DNA of 55,101 nucleotides. It comes from a virus. Taxonomy: Duplodnaviria > Caudoviricetes. The position numbers were made by a program, and so were the translations under genes. The notes beneath the pieces are model-generated. The model was not told the DNA's origin and did not search any database. It worked only from the letters and a program-made list of their open reading frames with translations. This document shows positions 1 through 10,313 of the stretch, piece by piece; within the stretch, counting starts at the first letter, position 1; each line of letters starts with the position of its first letter. The DNA is taken from IMG/VR virus record IMGVR_UViG_3300023109_000032, positions 1-55,101 of that record. One strand, given 5' to 3'.

Positions 1-17
1 AAAGAATCATTAAGATA

Positions 18-662
18 ATGGAAGAATCTATTAAAGAACTTATTCAAAAAGAAATTGAAGCTATAAGAAACATTCCTTTAGATAATAACTATAAAGGTGC
101 AGTTGATTTAATTGAAGGTTGTAATAAATTAGTAACATCAGGGATGGGTAAGGCTGGTCAAATTGCTTTAAACATTTCAACTACATTTAGTTCAACTGGA
201 ACACCATCAGTTTATTTACATCCTAGCGAAGCACAACATGGAGATTTAGGAATTTTACAAAAAGGCGATGTACTACTTTTACTCTCTAATTCAGGAAAGA
301 CTAGAGAAATTTTAGAATTAATACAGTTAGCAAAAAACATATATCCTCATATATACATAATCAGTATAACCGGCAAAAAAGAAAGTGAACTGTGTAAAGA
401 ATCAGATATATGTTTACATATTGGTGATGCTGAAGAAATTTGCCCATTAGGATTAACTCCTACGATTTCAACAACTCTTATGACTGTTATGGGTGATATC
501 TTAGTCGTAGAAACGATGAAAGCAATAGGGTTTACAAAAAAAGAATATTCAAAAAGACATCATAGTGGATATCTAGGCCAAAAGAGTAAAGAAGAATCAA
601 AATATCCACCAGGTAGTTTATTAAATGAATTACCACCATCAGATTATCAATTAGACAACTAA
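18..662 (+). CDS. kdsD: arabinose-5-phosphate isomerase (KdsD/GutQ family, SIS domain only)
   Basis: Motifs SGMGKAG, LHPSEAQHGDLG, LSNSGKT, EICPLGLTPT and HHSGYLG; no CBS pair; adjacent to kdsB. Confidence 0.92.
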   Translation: MEESIKELIQKEIEAIRNIPLDNNYKGAVDLIEGCNKLVTSGMGKAGQIALNISTTFSSTGTPSVYLHPSEAQHGDLGILQKGDVLLLLSNSGKTREILELIQLAKNIYPHIYIISITGKKESELCKESDICLHIGDAEEICPLGLTPTISTTLMTVMGDILVVETMKAIGFTKKEYSKRHHSGYLGQKSKEESKYPPGSLLNELPPSDYQLDN

Positions 663-1372
663 TGAATAAAGTAATTGCAATCATACCAGCAAGATGGGCA
701 TCTACACGGTTACCAGGTAAACCGCTAGCAGATATTAATGGCAAGACAATGATACAGTGGGTTTATGAAGCTGTTAAGAAATCTGATGTAGATAAAGTTA
801 TAGTTGCTACTGATCATGATGATATATTAAATGAAGTAAAAAGATTTGGTGGGGAAGGTATTATGACTAGCACAAAGCATCAAACTGGCACCGAGAGAGT
901 ATTAGAAGCTTATCAGCACTATAAAGATGATTATGATTTAGTAATTAATGTTCAAGGCGATGAGCCAATTATTAATGAAGAAGATATAAATCATCTTATA
1001 GGAGTTTTAAAAAAGAATAAATCTAACATAGCTACATTAGTAGGTAGTATTACTGAAAAACAAAAAGCAGATAGAAATACTGTTAAGGCTATATTAGATC
1101 ATGAAGAAATAGTAATGTTTACTAGAAGCCCTCTTTTTGGATCACCTATTTTTATTAAAAGACATATTGGAATATATGGTTTTAGTAGAGAAATGACAGA
1201 GCGAATTAATAAAAATATAATGATTGAAACCTCAAATGAAATTGTAGAAAACTTAGAACAAATAAGATGGGGTGATAACAGAATTAAATTTAGTTATGCT
1301 TTAGCTGCCGGTTTATATAAAGGAATAGATACACAAGAAGATTTAGATCATGTAAGAACATACTTAAACTAA
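662..1372 (+). CDS. kdsB: CMP-Kdo synthetase (3-deoxy-manno-octulosonate cytidylyltransferase)
   Basis: IIPARWASTRLPGKPL, HQTGTER, NVQGDEP, HIGIYG, ENLEQIR, IDTQEDL. Confidence 0.95.
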   Translation: MNKVIAIIPARWASTRLPGKPLADINGKTMIQWVYEAVKKSDVDKVIVATDHDDILNEVKRFGGEGIMTSTKHQTGTERVLEAYQHYKDDYDLVINVQGDEPIINEEDINHLIGVLKKNKSNIATLVGSITEKQKADRNTVKAILDHEEIVMFTRSPLFGSPIFIKRHIGIYGFSREMTERINKNIMIETSNEIVENLEQIRWGDNRIKFSYALAAGLYKGIDTQEDLDHVRTYLN

Positions 1373-1392
1373 ATATGAAAATTTGTATATAA
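1366..1392 (+). promoter_or_regulatory. putative class II promoter AAAC-N17/18-TATAA
   Basis: Same bipartite motif with a 21-22 nt offset at 7830, 26745, 44608 and 46612, each upstream of a gene start. Confidence 0.45.
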
Positions 1393-1404
1393 TAATAAAT
1401 ACCT

Positions 1405-1635
1405 ATGTTTAAAGTATATCAGAAAATTAGAAGTTGGTTTTTACCAAAACACGTTGGAACTTTCAGTTGGTCTCCAGGGGATTTTGTAAAAGCAAGAAGG
1501 TGGGCGAAGACTCAGCCTCACCCTAGTGTACCACAGTTAACACTCTGGGATTTTGTAGATAGCGGTTGGATTGATTCAGAATATAAATTAAATGAAATCA
1601 ATAAAGTTAAAACAATTAAAGATAAATCCATATAA
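1405..1635 (+). CDS. hypothetical protein
   Basis: ORF track; tightly packed with neighbours. Confidence 0.6.
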   Translation: MFKVYQKIRSWFLPKHVGTFSWSPGDFVKARRWAKTQPHPSVPQLTLWDFVDSGWIDSEYKLNEINKVKTIKDKSI

Positions 1636-1644
1636 TTAATAATA

Positions 1645-1902
1645 ATGGAAGGAAAACAAATGAACATTGATTTAGATTCTACACTAGAAATAGTTTGTGA
1701 TGAATGTGGTCATAATGTATTTAGACCAGCTTTCTTTTTAAGAAAGGTAAGTAGATTTATTTCTCCAGATGGTCAGGATAGATTACTACCATTAGATACA
1801 ATGGAATGTAGTAAATGTGGAAATATTAATAAAGAATTTCAGGCATCAACGCCTAAACCTAAAACAAAAATAAAAACAAATAAAGATGGCAAAGACAGTT
1901 AA
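1645..1902 (+). CDS. small zinc-ribbon protein
   Basis: CDEC...CSKC pairs. Confidence 0.7.
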   Translation: MEGKQMNIDLDSTLEIVCDECGHNVFRPAFFLRKVSRFISPDGQDRLLPLDTMECSKCGNINKEFQASTPKPKTKIKTNKDGKDS

Positions 1903-2521
1903 AATGGATACTACTGCACCGGGTGTTGTAACCGATCCTAACGAAATCATCAACGAGAACCCTCGTAAGATGAGTGAAATTATTGCAGATAAAAGGGCTG
2001 CATTAAAAAAGAATGAAGAATTACTTAGAGCTCTTCAGAAAAATGAATATGATATTCCTTTTGGTTCCGTAAAACTTTATAAGCAAGTATTAAAGTTTTT
2101 AGAAAAAGAAGCTGATTGGGGTCATACAACTGCAACAGGTTTGATTATGTTATATTCTAACTTAAAAGAACAACAACCAATAACTAGAGATAAAGACTGG
2201 GATGGTGTTATTAAATTAAGAGGTACTAGTATTACTATCTTTTGGACAATGATTACATCAATGAAAGGTAAAGGATTCTTTTCTGCTCGTGACTTTGTAG
2301 AGATGATGGCTGCATTTGGTGCAGATCTTTCTAAGGTTGTTGGAAAAGTTCATGAAGATAACCAAGCTCTTAGAGATAATCATGCTAATATGGCTAAATT
2401 AGATCAAGAAGTTAATAGCCCTGATGTTATTCTCGATGTTGCAATTGACAAATATAATGAAGCAGAAGAAGAGTTAACTAAATTAATGGATGAAGTTGAC
2501 CCAGTTGTAGAAACAGTTTAA
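1886..2521 (+). CDS. hypothetical helical/coiled-coil protein
   Basis: 211-aa ORF in operon context. Confidence 0.7.
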   Translation: MAKTVKMDTTAPGVVTDPNEIINENPRKMSEIIADKRAALKKNEELLRALQKNEYDIPFGSVKLYKQVLKFLEKEADWGHTTATGLIMLYSNLKEQQPITRDKDWDGVIKLRGTSITIFWTMITSMKGKGFFSARDFVEMMAAFGADLSKVVGKVHEDNQALRDNHANMAKLDQEVNSPDVILDVAIDKYNEAEEELTKLMDEVDPVVETV

Positions 2522-2523
2522 GT

Positions 2524-2772
2524 ATGGGATTCCACAAAAGATATATTGATAATGAGCAAGTAGTTCGTTTATTTAATGGTGGTGGAGTTACAAGAGTAAG
2601 GGATTGGTATACACGAGGTGTGGATGCATTAATCACAAGTACCGGCCTGGCTTCACAGGTCGGTTCTATTCTTTCAGATGCCGATTGGGAGCAATTTGGT
2701 ACAGTTAAACAAGATGAGGAAATCATTAAAATAATTCAACAACATTTAGGAGTAGAGGAAATCAAAAAATAA
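2524..2772 (+). CDS. hypothetical protein
   Basis: ORF track, operon context. Confidence 0.65.
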   Translation: MGFHKRYIDNEQVVRLFNGGGVTRVRDWYTRGVDALITSTGLASQVGSILSDADWEQFGTVKQDEEIIKIIQQHLGVEEIKK

Positions 2773-2785
2773 CTCCATCCTTGTT

Positions 2786-2801
2786 GAATAAATAAAGAAA
2801 A
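2786..2801 (+). promoter_or_regulatory. putative late promoter (AATAAATA, resembling T4 late TATAAATA)
   Basis: GAATAAATAAAGAAAA is identical at 15940-15955; related RATAWATA motifs precede virion-type genes. Confidence 0.45.
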
Positions 2802-2814
2802 TAAACTATTTAAC

Positions 2815-3873
2815 ATGGAACATATTAAAGACTATAAATTATTTAAAGAGTCTCTAGACACTGAACTACTTACCGAGAAATACAGTTCAGATATATTAAG
2901 ACAGTTTGCTGCACAAGACGGCGGTTCAAGATGGAGAGGCGGAATTGCAAAAGATATGCAAAAATTTGCTAATCTTGCTTTAGATAAAATTTCAGATGCT
3001 GATTTTACTACAACTACACCAGAAGCTTATTGGAAAGGTGGAGATGCTAAGAATCCAAATAAAGTAGGATTCTTTGTTGATGCAGATCCAGGATTTATTA
3101 AATGGGCAAAGGCAAACAAGAAATACATGCCAAGCGGATTATCATTAGGTAACATTTCTAAGTATGGAGTAGTACTTTCTGTTATTAGAGGAGGAATTGG
3201 AATGTATCATGGTTTTGCAATGGACAGAGGATCTTCATACAGCAGACATAGAAAAGGAACTGAAGAAAGATATGGAATTCTTGCAAAAGATTATGAAACT
3301 AATTCTTTATATAATGGATGGGAAGGCAGACCTGCAGCTAAAGTAACAAGAAAGAATCTTATCGATGCTGCAACTCGTGTTTATGTTTTAGACTTAGATA
3401 GTTTAAGAGACAAGTATGATGTAAGTGGATTAAAACAAGATCGTGCAAATTCTAAAGCTGGTGCAACTGCACTAAAAACTGCTAAAGACATCAAAAAAGA
3501 AAATCAAGCAAGGTATGATGCTATCTTAACTGATAGAGCTGCAATGACTGACATTGATAAGGCAGTTAAAGATTCGATTGAATTATTAAATCAACATATA
3601 TCCGATGCATTAAAAGATGGTAATATGGATCAATACGGAAACTTTATTATCGGTAAAAGTCCTAGAGGTAGAGATGTAAAAATTGAAGATGGTGCAAATG
3701 CTATCAGAAATATGTTAAATGATTACCAAAGATATAAGGATTACGAAAGACAAAATAAAGAAGCGGCAGCTGATGGTAGAGAAGATAACTATTATGCAAG
3801 AGAAGTAAAAAACTATGCTAAAAGACTTCAAGACTATTCTAAAAATGTAAAGGATAAAAATTACGGTTGGTAA
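2815..3873 (+). CDS. putative internal head protein with cleavable leader
   Basis: Leader MEHIKDYKLFKESLDTELLTE resembles T4 capsid-targeting sequences; late-like promoter upstream. Confidence 0.55.
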   Translation: MEHIKDYKLFKESLDTELLTEKYSSDILRQFAAQDGGSRWRGGIAKDMQKFANLALDKISDADFTTTTPEAYWKGGDAKNPNKVGFFVDADPGFIKWAKANKKYMPSGLSLGNISKYGVVLSVIRGGIGMYHGFAMDRGSSYSRHRKGTEERYGILAKDYETNSLYNGWEGRPAAKVTRKNLIDAATRVYVLDLDSLRDKYDVSGLKQDRANSKAGATALKTAKDIKKENQARYDAILTDRAAMTDIDKAVKDSIELLNQHISDALKDGNMDQYGNFIIGKSPRGRDVKIEDGANAIRNMLNDYQRYKDYERQNKEAAADGREDNYYAREVKNYAKRLQDYSKNVKDKNYGW

Positions 3874-3874
3874 T

Positions 3875-4738
3875 ATGAAACATATAAATGAATACTCTGA
3901 ATTTAAAAAATCATTAATCACCGAAAAATTAGCACGAGGGTTAAAGCCACTATTAAAGATAGGTTCAACTATTAATAAAAAGGCTGGTGAAGATGCATTA
4001 CTGGATTTATCTGATAAGTTTGATAGTATAGATGATGAATATGCTGGAACTATAGCAAGTCATTTAGACATGGCTATTGAACTAATGCAAGATGGTTATG
4101 CAGGAGATGCTACTAAAAAATTAAAGCAATTTAATAAAGCATGCAAAGATGTTCTTAATGGAAAAGAAGTTGGTTCAGCTTTTGAAAACGTTAATGAAGC
4201 AACATATAATTCAAAAAATCATATCGGATCTACTTCTGACGGACAAGGTTCTAATGCTGAGATTTATAAAAAAGGAAAAGGATACTATGTAGTTGTCAGT
4301 GGAGAAGCTGATTATGATTTTGATGCAAAGAATGACAAAGAGTTATTGAAAAAGTTAAAAGATAACGAATTTGATTCTACTGATATATTAGAAGTTAATG
4401 AAGCTACTGATATGAATGATCCAGTCTTAATGGCATTTAGAGCAACTCGAAGAGAATTACCTAAATTTAAACCAGCTAAAGCAAAATCACGTAGGTTAAG
4501 CTTTGATAAGTATATGGATTTATTAGATGATCAAAGGTATATAGAACAAGAACTTAGAGATTTAACTGAAGAAATGGCTCAAACACTTAGAGACATGGAA
4601 CAGGAGGCTGAACCGGAAGGTGGCAAGATTGCTGATAAGTATGGTTCTATTATGATGAAGCAAGAAAAAGAATATGCTAAGTTAAAAGCTAAGAAAGAAA
4701 AGATTGATGCTAGGCTTGACAAACATAGAATGGATTAA
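3875..4738 (+). CDS. putative multi-module internal head protein
   Basis: Leader MKHINEYSEFKKSLITE; two internal VNE|A linkers. Confidence 0.55.
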   Translation: MKHINEYSEFKKSLITEKLARGLKPLLKIGSTINKKAGEDALLDLSDKFDSIDDEYAGTIASHLDMAIELMQDGYAGDATKKLKQFNKACKDVLNGKEVGSAFENVNEATYNSKNHIGSTSDGQGSNAEIYKKGKGYYVVVSGEADYDFDAKNDKELLKKLKDNEFDSTDILEVNEATDMNDPVLMAFRATRRELPKFKPAKAKSRRLSFDKYMDLLDDQRYIEQELRDLTEEMAQTLRDMEQEAEPEGGKIADKYGSIMMKQEKEYAKLKAKKEKIDARLDKHRMD

Positions 4739-5541
4739 TGGAATTTATTAAAAAATATACAGAATTTTTATTAGAAAAGAAAAAGGAGAAAGAATCCTTT
4801 GAAGATAAAATTGAAGGTGATGGATATTATAAAGGTATATCTACAGCAACTGCTCGAGATAAGGTAGATCAAATGGCAAAACAATCTAAGATGTCTGATG
4901 ATGATCCAGATGCTTATAAAGAAATGCCTGGTGATACTAAAGGTAAAAAACTTTTAAAGAAATCTAAACATACAAAGGCATTTGATGATTTATATGCAGA
5001 TGAAGCTTTAGAAGAAATGGTTACTAATGAAGGTGTAATGAGCGAATTACATATAATGATGGAAGAAGCTAAAAACTTTGCTGATTTTAAGAAAAGATTT
5101 TATAAAGAATTTAGCGATAAAGTTAAACCTAACAAAGATTTAGATAGTTGGTTAAAAGATCTTTACTCTGAAGGCCTAGGAGAATCATTAGATGAAAAAG
5201 CTGGCGGAGATCGTGGTCCTATAAAAGGAAAGGGAATTGAAACTGGCCTTAAAAAGAAAGCAGATCAAACTGGAGTATCATTACCTTTATTAAGATTAGT
5301 AATGAGAAGAGGTATGGCTGCATGGAAAAGTGGACATAGACCTGGTGCTGGTCAAGAACAATGGGGTTATGCTAGAGTTAATTCATTTTTAACTAAAGCT
5401 CCAGGTACTTGGGGTAGACCGTTAGATGATCCTAAAAAGAATGGACCTAAAGGAAAATTTGGAGCTGATGCTGATATTGCTAAAGAAGTAATTAAAAAAG
5501 GCGAAGATAAGAAATTAAAAACAACAGGTTTACCTAAGTAA
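4738..5541 (+). CDS. putative internal head protein; C-terminal RRGMAAW..GHRPGA..QWGYARVNSF domain
   Basis: Leader MEFIKKYTEFLLE; TNE|G and ESLDE|K linkers; C-terminal motif recalled from other large DNA viruses (DUF5824-like, unverified). Confidence 0.55.
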   Translation: MEFIKKYTEFLLEKKKEKESFEDKIEGDGYYKGISTATARDKVDQMAKQSKMSDDDPDAYKEMPGDTKGKKLLKKSKHTKAFDDLYADEALEEMVTNEGVMSELHIMMEEAKNFADFKKRFYKEFSDKVKPNKDLDSWLKDLYSEGLGESLDEKAGGDRGPIKGKGIETGLKKKADQTGVSLPLLRLVMRRGMAAWKSGHRPGAGQEQWGYARVNSFLTKAPGTWGRPLDDPKKNGPKGKFGADADIAKEVIKKGEDKKLKTTGLPK

Positions 5542-6086
5542 TGAAATTTATAAAAGGCTTTACTGATTTTAAAAATGTATCTGAAGAACTTAAGTATCAT
5601 GTAGATAATGGTATAGGTTTAGATGATAGTGTTTTTCGTTTAGGATCTGATGCTCATAGTAAATTATTTGAAGAGGCTAAACAATATTGGGATAAAGGAA
5701 ATCTAGTATTAAAAGGTAAAAGCGGATTTATGGCTAAGAACCTTGAAGTAGGTAAGCAAGCAATTTATAAAGATCGTAAATCTGGAAGAACAAAAGATGT
5801 TAAATTAGATTCACCAGAAAGAGGCGGTAATAGAAAGTTTATTGTTTATCGTAATAGCGGAAGAACTGATAAAGAAACAGGAAAGATTGTTGCAAAAAAG
5901 ATTGAATGGGGAGATCCTAAATTGTCTGTAAAGAATGATGATCCAGGTGCAGCTGCTAGTTTTTGGGCAAGACACCAATGTGATCAAAAGAAAAAGATGG
6001 ATCCAAATAAAGCTGGCTTTTGGGCCTGTTATGGCCCAAGTCTATTTGGTAAGCAATTAGGATTAAAGAGTACTAATCCTTGGTAA
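5541..6086 (+). CDS. conserved phage protein (GDP...SFWARHQC...AGFWAC), putative virion protein
   Basis: Leader MKFIKGFTDFKNVSE; C-terminal motif resembles a family recalled from T4-like phages. Confidence 0.55.
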   Translation: MKFIKGFTDFKNVSEELKYHVDNGIGLDDSVFRLGSDAHSKLFEEAKQYWDKGNLVLKGKSGFMAKNLEVGKQAIYKDRKSGRTKDVKLDSPERGGNRKFIVYRNSGRTDKETGKIVAKKIEWGDPKLSVKNDDPGAAASFWARHQCDQKKKMDPNKAGFWACYGPSLFGKQLGLKSTNPW

Positions 6087-6110
6087 ATAAATAATAAAAT
6101 AAAAAAGGTA

Positions 6111-7481
6111 ATGAAAAATTTAAAAAGAATAGATGAAGCCGTAGGTTCTATCCTAGAAAGAAGAGCTTCTGCTGATAGACTTCTTAAAGATGTTGTAAAA
6201 GGAAATACATCTGAAGTAGATGGTATTAAATTATCCAAGGAAATGGCACAAGGCTTTTTAGATTGGTTACAATATTCTACTTATGGTAAAAAGTTTGGAG
6301 CTTTACCTTTTTATAAATTATTTACTGCTGCATTTAATTGGGGATTAGATAGATTTGTTAAAGGTGCTAATACTAAATTAAAAGCTGAATTTAAAGAACT
6401 TAAAGCTAAAGCTAAAGAAATGAGCAAAGCTGAAATGAAAGGTGAATCTTTAGATGAAGCTATTGATTTATTAAAATCTACATGGAGAGGAACTAAAGGA
6501 TGGAATGATGTTGCAAGAGTAATGGATGCAGGATTAATGAAAGCTATAAAGGCAGGTGGTGTACCATTAAGTTATGCTAAAGATTATGTTAAGTCATTAG
6601 AAAGAATGGCAAAAAGAAATGCTAAAAAGTTCTTTGATGAGTATGGTAATTTTAGTGAAGATGATTTTATCGAGGATATTGAATACAATATGGCTAATGA
6701 GAGTAAGGTTAATGAAGCTAAGTTTAGTTTTTCTGAAGATGAAGTAAAAAATGTTGCTGATTTAATAGCAAAGGCAATTGCAAAAGTTGATAAATCTAAA
6801 ACAGCAGTACATGATATGGAATATGATGCAGGTCGTGGAGCCGGCTTTGAAATATCAATGGACGGAGAAAGATATGAAGGTGGTAGCTATGTAGTAAGAC
6901 CTAATGGTGAAGTTTATAATGCTGCAATTGGTAATTCATTTCCTAACGCTGTATATGCAAAGATAGGTGATACTGATATTAGAAAAGTAATGAAAAATAT
7001 TAAAAAGTTTGAATCTGTTGAAGTATCTGAAAACTATGATACAGAACAAAGAAAAGAAATGGCAGCAAAAGGTTTTGCTTTAGCTGATGGAAGTTTTCCT
7101 ATTGCTAATTTAGAAGATCTCAAAAATGCTATCCAAGCTTATGGTAGAGCAAAGGATCAGGCAAAAACTGCTAAATTTATTGTAAAGAGAGCAAAAGCAT
7201 TAGGTGCTGAAGATCTTGTTCCTGATACGGATGACTTTCAGAAATCTTTAGACGAAACGAGTACTTATATTATGGAAGGTAAGGATATAGGATCATGGAA
7301 TCAAGGAGGACTTAAAGGTGATAAAAATGTTTTAATAACTACTTTTGTTGGGCCTAAGGATATTGAAGATTTTGGTCTAGGAAGAAAATGCATGCAAATA
7401 AATGTTGGTATGGATTATATTTCATTGAATCCTGCTGATATTGTAGAGTTAAAGGATATTCTTAAATCTTATAAAGTATAA
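6111..7481 (+). CDS. putative polyprotein-like internal head protein
   Basis: Leader MKNLKRIDE|A; linkers ESLDE|A, ESKVNE|A, ESVEVSE|N, KSLDE|T; one module carries DGSFPI..DLKNAIQAYGRAK. Confidence 0.55.
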   Translation: MKNLKRIDEAVGSILERRASADRLLKDVVKGNTSEVDGIKLSKEMAQGFLDWLQYSTYGKKFGALPFYKLFTAAFNWGLDRFVKGANTKLKAEFKELKAKAKEMSKAEMKGESLDEAIDLLKSTWRGTKGWNDVARVMDAGLMKAIKAGGVPLSYAKDYVKSLERMAKRNAKKFFDEYGNFSEDDFIEDIEYNMANESKVNEAKFSFSEDEVKNVADLIAKAIAKVDKSKTAVHDMEYDAGRGAGFEISMDGERYEGGSYVVRPNGEVYNAAIGNSFPNAVYAKIGDTDIRKVMKNIKKFESVEVSENYDTEQRKEMAAKGFALADGSFPIANLEDLKNAIQAYGRAKDQAKTAKFIVKRAKALGAEDLVPDTDDFQKSLDETSTYIMEGKDIGSWNQGGLKGDKNVLITTFVGPKDIEDFGLGRKCMQINVGMDYISLNPADIVELKDILKSYKV

Positions 7482-7487
7482 TAACTA

Positions 7488-7826
7488 ATGCCTTGTAAAT
7501 GTAAATCATGTGGCTGTAAAGACCTTACTGAAGAAACGGTAATTTCTCAAATAGAAGATCAAACTAAACCTTTTACACAAGAGGATTATTCTGCTGATAC
7601 TATTTTAAGACATTTTGATAAAGCCGCACCTAATCATTTATATAAATGGCATGCAGACGATGAAGATCGTTATGTAGAATCATTAAATGAAAATGATTGG
7701 AAATTTCAATTTGATAATGAATTACCACAATCAATAGAACCGGGTAAGATTATTTATATTCCTAAAGGATTAATCCATCGCTTAATTAAAGGTTCCTCTG
7801 AATTAAGTATTTCTATTAAATCTTAA
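7488..7826 (+). CDS. cupin-like phage protein
   Basis: WHADDEDR...WKFQFDNELP...IPKGLIHRLIKG cupin-type pattern. Confidence 0.55.
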   Translation: MPCKCKSCGCKDLTEETVISQIEDQTKPFTQEDYSADTILRHFDKAAPNHLYKWHADDEDRYVESLNENDWKFQFDNELPQSIEPGKIIYIPKGLIHRLIKGSSELSISIKS

Positions 7827-7829
7827 CTT

Positions 7830-7908
7830 AAACCATTTTTTATTTCGCAGTATAATTAATATACATTAATAACCACTTTCAGAACTGGTTATTTTTTGTT
7901 ATAATTAA
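7830..7908 (+). promoter_or_regulatory. tandem putative promoters: class II (7830-7855) and class I TTCAGA-N15-TTATAATTA (7878-7907)
   Basis: Both motifs recur elsewhere in the window with conserved spacing. Confidence 0.55.
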
Positions 7909-7926
7909 ATTATACTAAATAAAACT

Positions 7927-9945
7927 ATGGGAGAAATTTATCCAGAAGAAGAAGAAAAGCAAAGAAAGCCTAAATTTAAAAAACAGACTTTAGTCTTAGA
8001 TACTTATGGTACTAATTTAAGTAAAAGAGCTATCGAAGGTAAATTAGATCCAGTCATCGGAAGAACTGATGAAATCCTTAGGGTTATACAAATTCTAGGA
8101 AGACGTAGAAAAAACAATCCTGTTTTAGTTGGGGAACCCGGTGTAGGTAAAACTGCAATTGTTGAAGGGTTAGCATTAAAAATGGTAGAAGGAAATGTTC
8201 CTGTATCATTACAAGGTAAAGTTATCTATACTTTAGAATTATCAACAATCGTAGCAGGAACAAAATACCGTGGTCAATTCGAGGAAAGAATGAAAAGTAT
8301 TGTAGATGAGTTAATACTTAATCCACATATTATTGTTTTTATTGATGAATTACATACACTCGTTGGGGCAGGAGGTTCTACAGGATCCTTGGATGCGTCA
8401 AATATTATTAAGCCAGCATTAGCAAGAGGAGAAATTAGATGTATAGGTGCAACTACATTTGATGAGTTTAGAGAAAACATCGAAGACGATGGGGCTTTGG
8501 ATAGAAGGTTTCAAAAAGTTACAGTTGAACCACCAACGATGGATCAAACTATTGAAATACTTTCTAATATAAGACATAAGTATGAAGAGCACCATAATGT
8601 TTCTTATGATGATTCAATAATTGAAATTATTGTTAAATTAGCAGATCGTTATATTATGGATAGGTACTTTCCTGATAAAGCAGTAGATATATTAGATGAG
8701 GTAGGTTCTTATAAACACTTAATTAATATGAAAGTTCCTCAAAAAATCAAAGCATTAGAAGAAAAGTTAATTCAAAAAGAAAATGCTAAGAGGAAGGCTG
8801 TATCACGACAACTTTACGAAGTAGCTGCAAAAGAAAGGGATGCATGCTTAACACTCAAAGAAAGAATTAAACAAGATCTTGCGATATGGAAAGAACAAAT
8901 GGCTGTTAATCAATTAGAGATAACCGAAGATGATGTATTAAAGGTTGTATCTAAATCAACAGGTGTTCCAATTGAAAAAATATCAGATAAAGAAAATAAA
9001 AATTTATTAGGGCTTAATAAACATTTATCATCAAGAGTTATAGGACAAGATGAAGCAGTTAATAAAATTGCAGTAACAGTGCAAAGAAACCGAGTAGGTA
9101 TTAGAAAAAGAAACCGAACAATGGGTAACTTTATTTTCTTAGGACCTACTGGAGTTGGTAAAACTCAATTAGCAAAAGAATTAACAGAATATCTTTTTAA
9201 TAGTGAAGATTCATTAATTAGAGTTGATATGTCTGAATACATGGAACCTCATTCTATTTCTAAATTAATTGGAGCACCTCCTGGATATGTAGGATTTGAA
9301 GGTGGTGGATTTTTAACAGAGCAGGTAAAGAGAAAACCGCATTCTGTTGTATTATTTGACGAGATAGAAAAAGCTCATCCAGAAGTCTTTAATGTACTTC
9401 TACAAATGTTAGATGATGGGCAGTTAACCGATTCTTTAGGAAGGACTGTTGATTTTAGAAATTGTTTAATAATTCTTACTTCAAATACAGGATCTAGAAA
9501 ATTACAAGATTTTGGCCAAGGTATCGGTTTTGAAAGTTCTACTAAAATGGTTAACCAAGCTGAAGAAGAAAAAACTATTTTAAGAAAGGCTCTTAAAAAT
9601 AAATTCTCACCAGAATTTTTAAATAGAATTGATGAGATTGTAGTATTTAATAGATTAACCGAAGATAATGTAATGGATATTTTAACTAAAGAATGTAAAG
9701 AACTTGCATCTAATTTAGAAGAAGTAGGAAATTATATTTTTAAAATATCTAAAGGTGCTAAAACAATAATTCTTAATCAAGGATATGATCCTAAATATGG
9801 AGCAAGACCATTACGTAGAACAATTGAAAGAATGATTGAAAATAAGATATCTGAGCATATTCTTAAAGGAGAATTAAAAGAAGGCGGTACTATTAATATT
9901 AAAAGTACCAAAGGTGAATTAATAATTGACATAACAAATATATGA
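7927..9945 (+). CDS. clpC: ClpC-type Hsp100 AAA+ ATPase lacking the N-terminal Clp repeat domain
   Basis: Walker A GEPGVGKT and GPTGVGKT; RVDMSEY; [10 protein letters not shown]; UVR-like M-domain; GIGF ClpP-docking loop; GARPLRR. Confidence 0.92.
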   Translation: MGEIYPEEEEKQRKPKFKKQTLVLDTYGTNLSKRAIEGKLDPVIGRTDEILRVIQILGRRRKNNPVLVGEPGVGKTAIVEGLALKMVEGNVPVSLQGKVIYTLELSTIVAGTKYRGQFEERMKSIVDELILNPHIIVFIDELHTLVGAGGSTGSLDASNIIKPALARGEIRCIGATTFDEFRENIEDDGALDRRFQKVTVEPPTMDQTIEILSNIRHKYEEHHNVSYDDSIIEIIVKLADRYIMDRYFPDKAVDILDEVGSYKHLINMKVPQKIKALEEKLIQKENAKRKAVSRQLYEVAAKERDACLTLKERIKQDLAIWKEQMAVNQLEITEDDVLKVVSKSTGVPIEKISDKENKNLLGLNKHLSSRVIGQDEAVNKIAVTVQRNRVGIRKRNRTMGNFIFLGPTGVGKTQLAKELTEYLFNSEDSLIRVDMSEYMEPHSISKLIGAPPGYVGFEGGGFLTEQVKRKPHSVVLFDEIEKAHPEVFNVLLQMLDDGQLTDSLGRTVDFRNCLIILTSNTGSRKLQDFGQGIGFESSTKMVNQAEEEKTILRKALKNKFSPEFLNRIDEIVVFNRLTEDNVMDILTKECKELASNLEEVGNYIFKISKGAKTIILNQGYDPKYGARPLRRTIERMIENKISEHILKGELKEGGTINIKSTKGELIIDITNI

Positions 9946-10313
9946 GAATAGCTTTAGTAGCTCATGATGGAAAGAAAGCAGATATGGTTGCTTTTGTTAT
10001 GAAAAGATTAGATTTTTTTAAAAGAAAAGATGTAGAGTTAGTAGCAACAGGAACAACAGGAGGTATGATTGAAAATGCCGGCTTAAAGGTTCAATGCTTA
10101 AACAGCGGACCTTTAGGTGGAGATGCAGAAATTGGCGCAATGGTTACTCGTGGTGAAATGGATGCAGTTATATTTTTTAGAGATCCATTAGACAAACATC
10201 CTCACGATGTTGATATTGCAATGTTAATGAGGCTATGTGATGTTCATAGAATACCTTTAGCTACAAATTATGCATCAGCACATATAATAATTAAATACTT
10301 TAAAAGCAAATGA
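9942..10313 (+). CDS. mgsA: methylglyoxal synthase
   Basis: IALVAHDGKK, ATGTTG, SGPLGGD, FFRDPL..HPHDVD, PLATN. Confidence 0.95.
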   Translation: MRIALVAHDGKKADMVAFVMKRLDFFKRKDVELVATGTTGGMIENAGLKVQCLNSGPLGGDAEIGAMVTRGEMDAVIFFRDPLDKHPHDVDIAMLMRLCDVHRIPLATNYASAHIIIKYFKSK

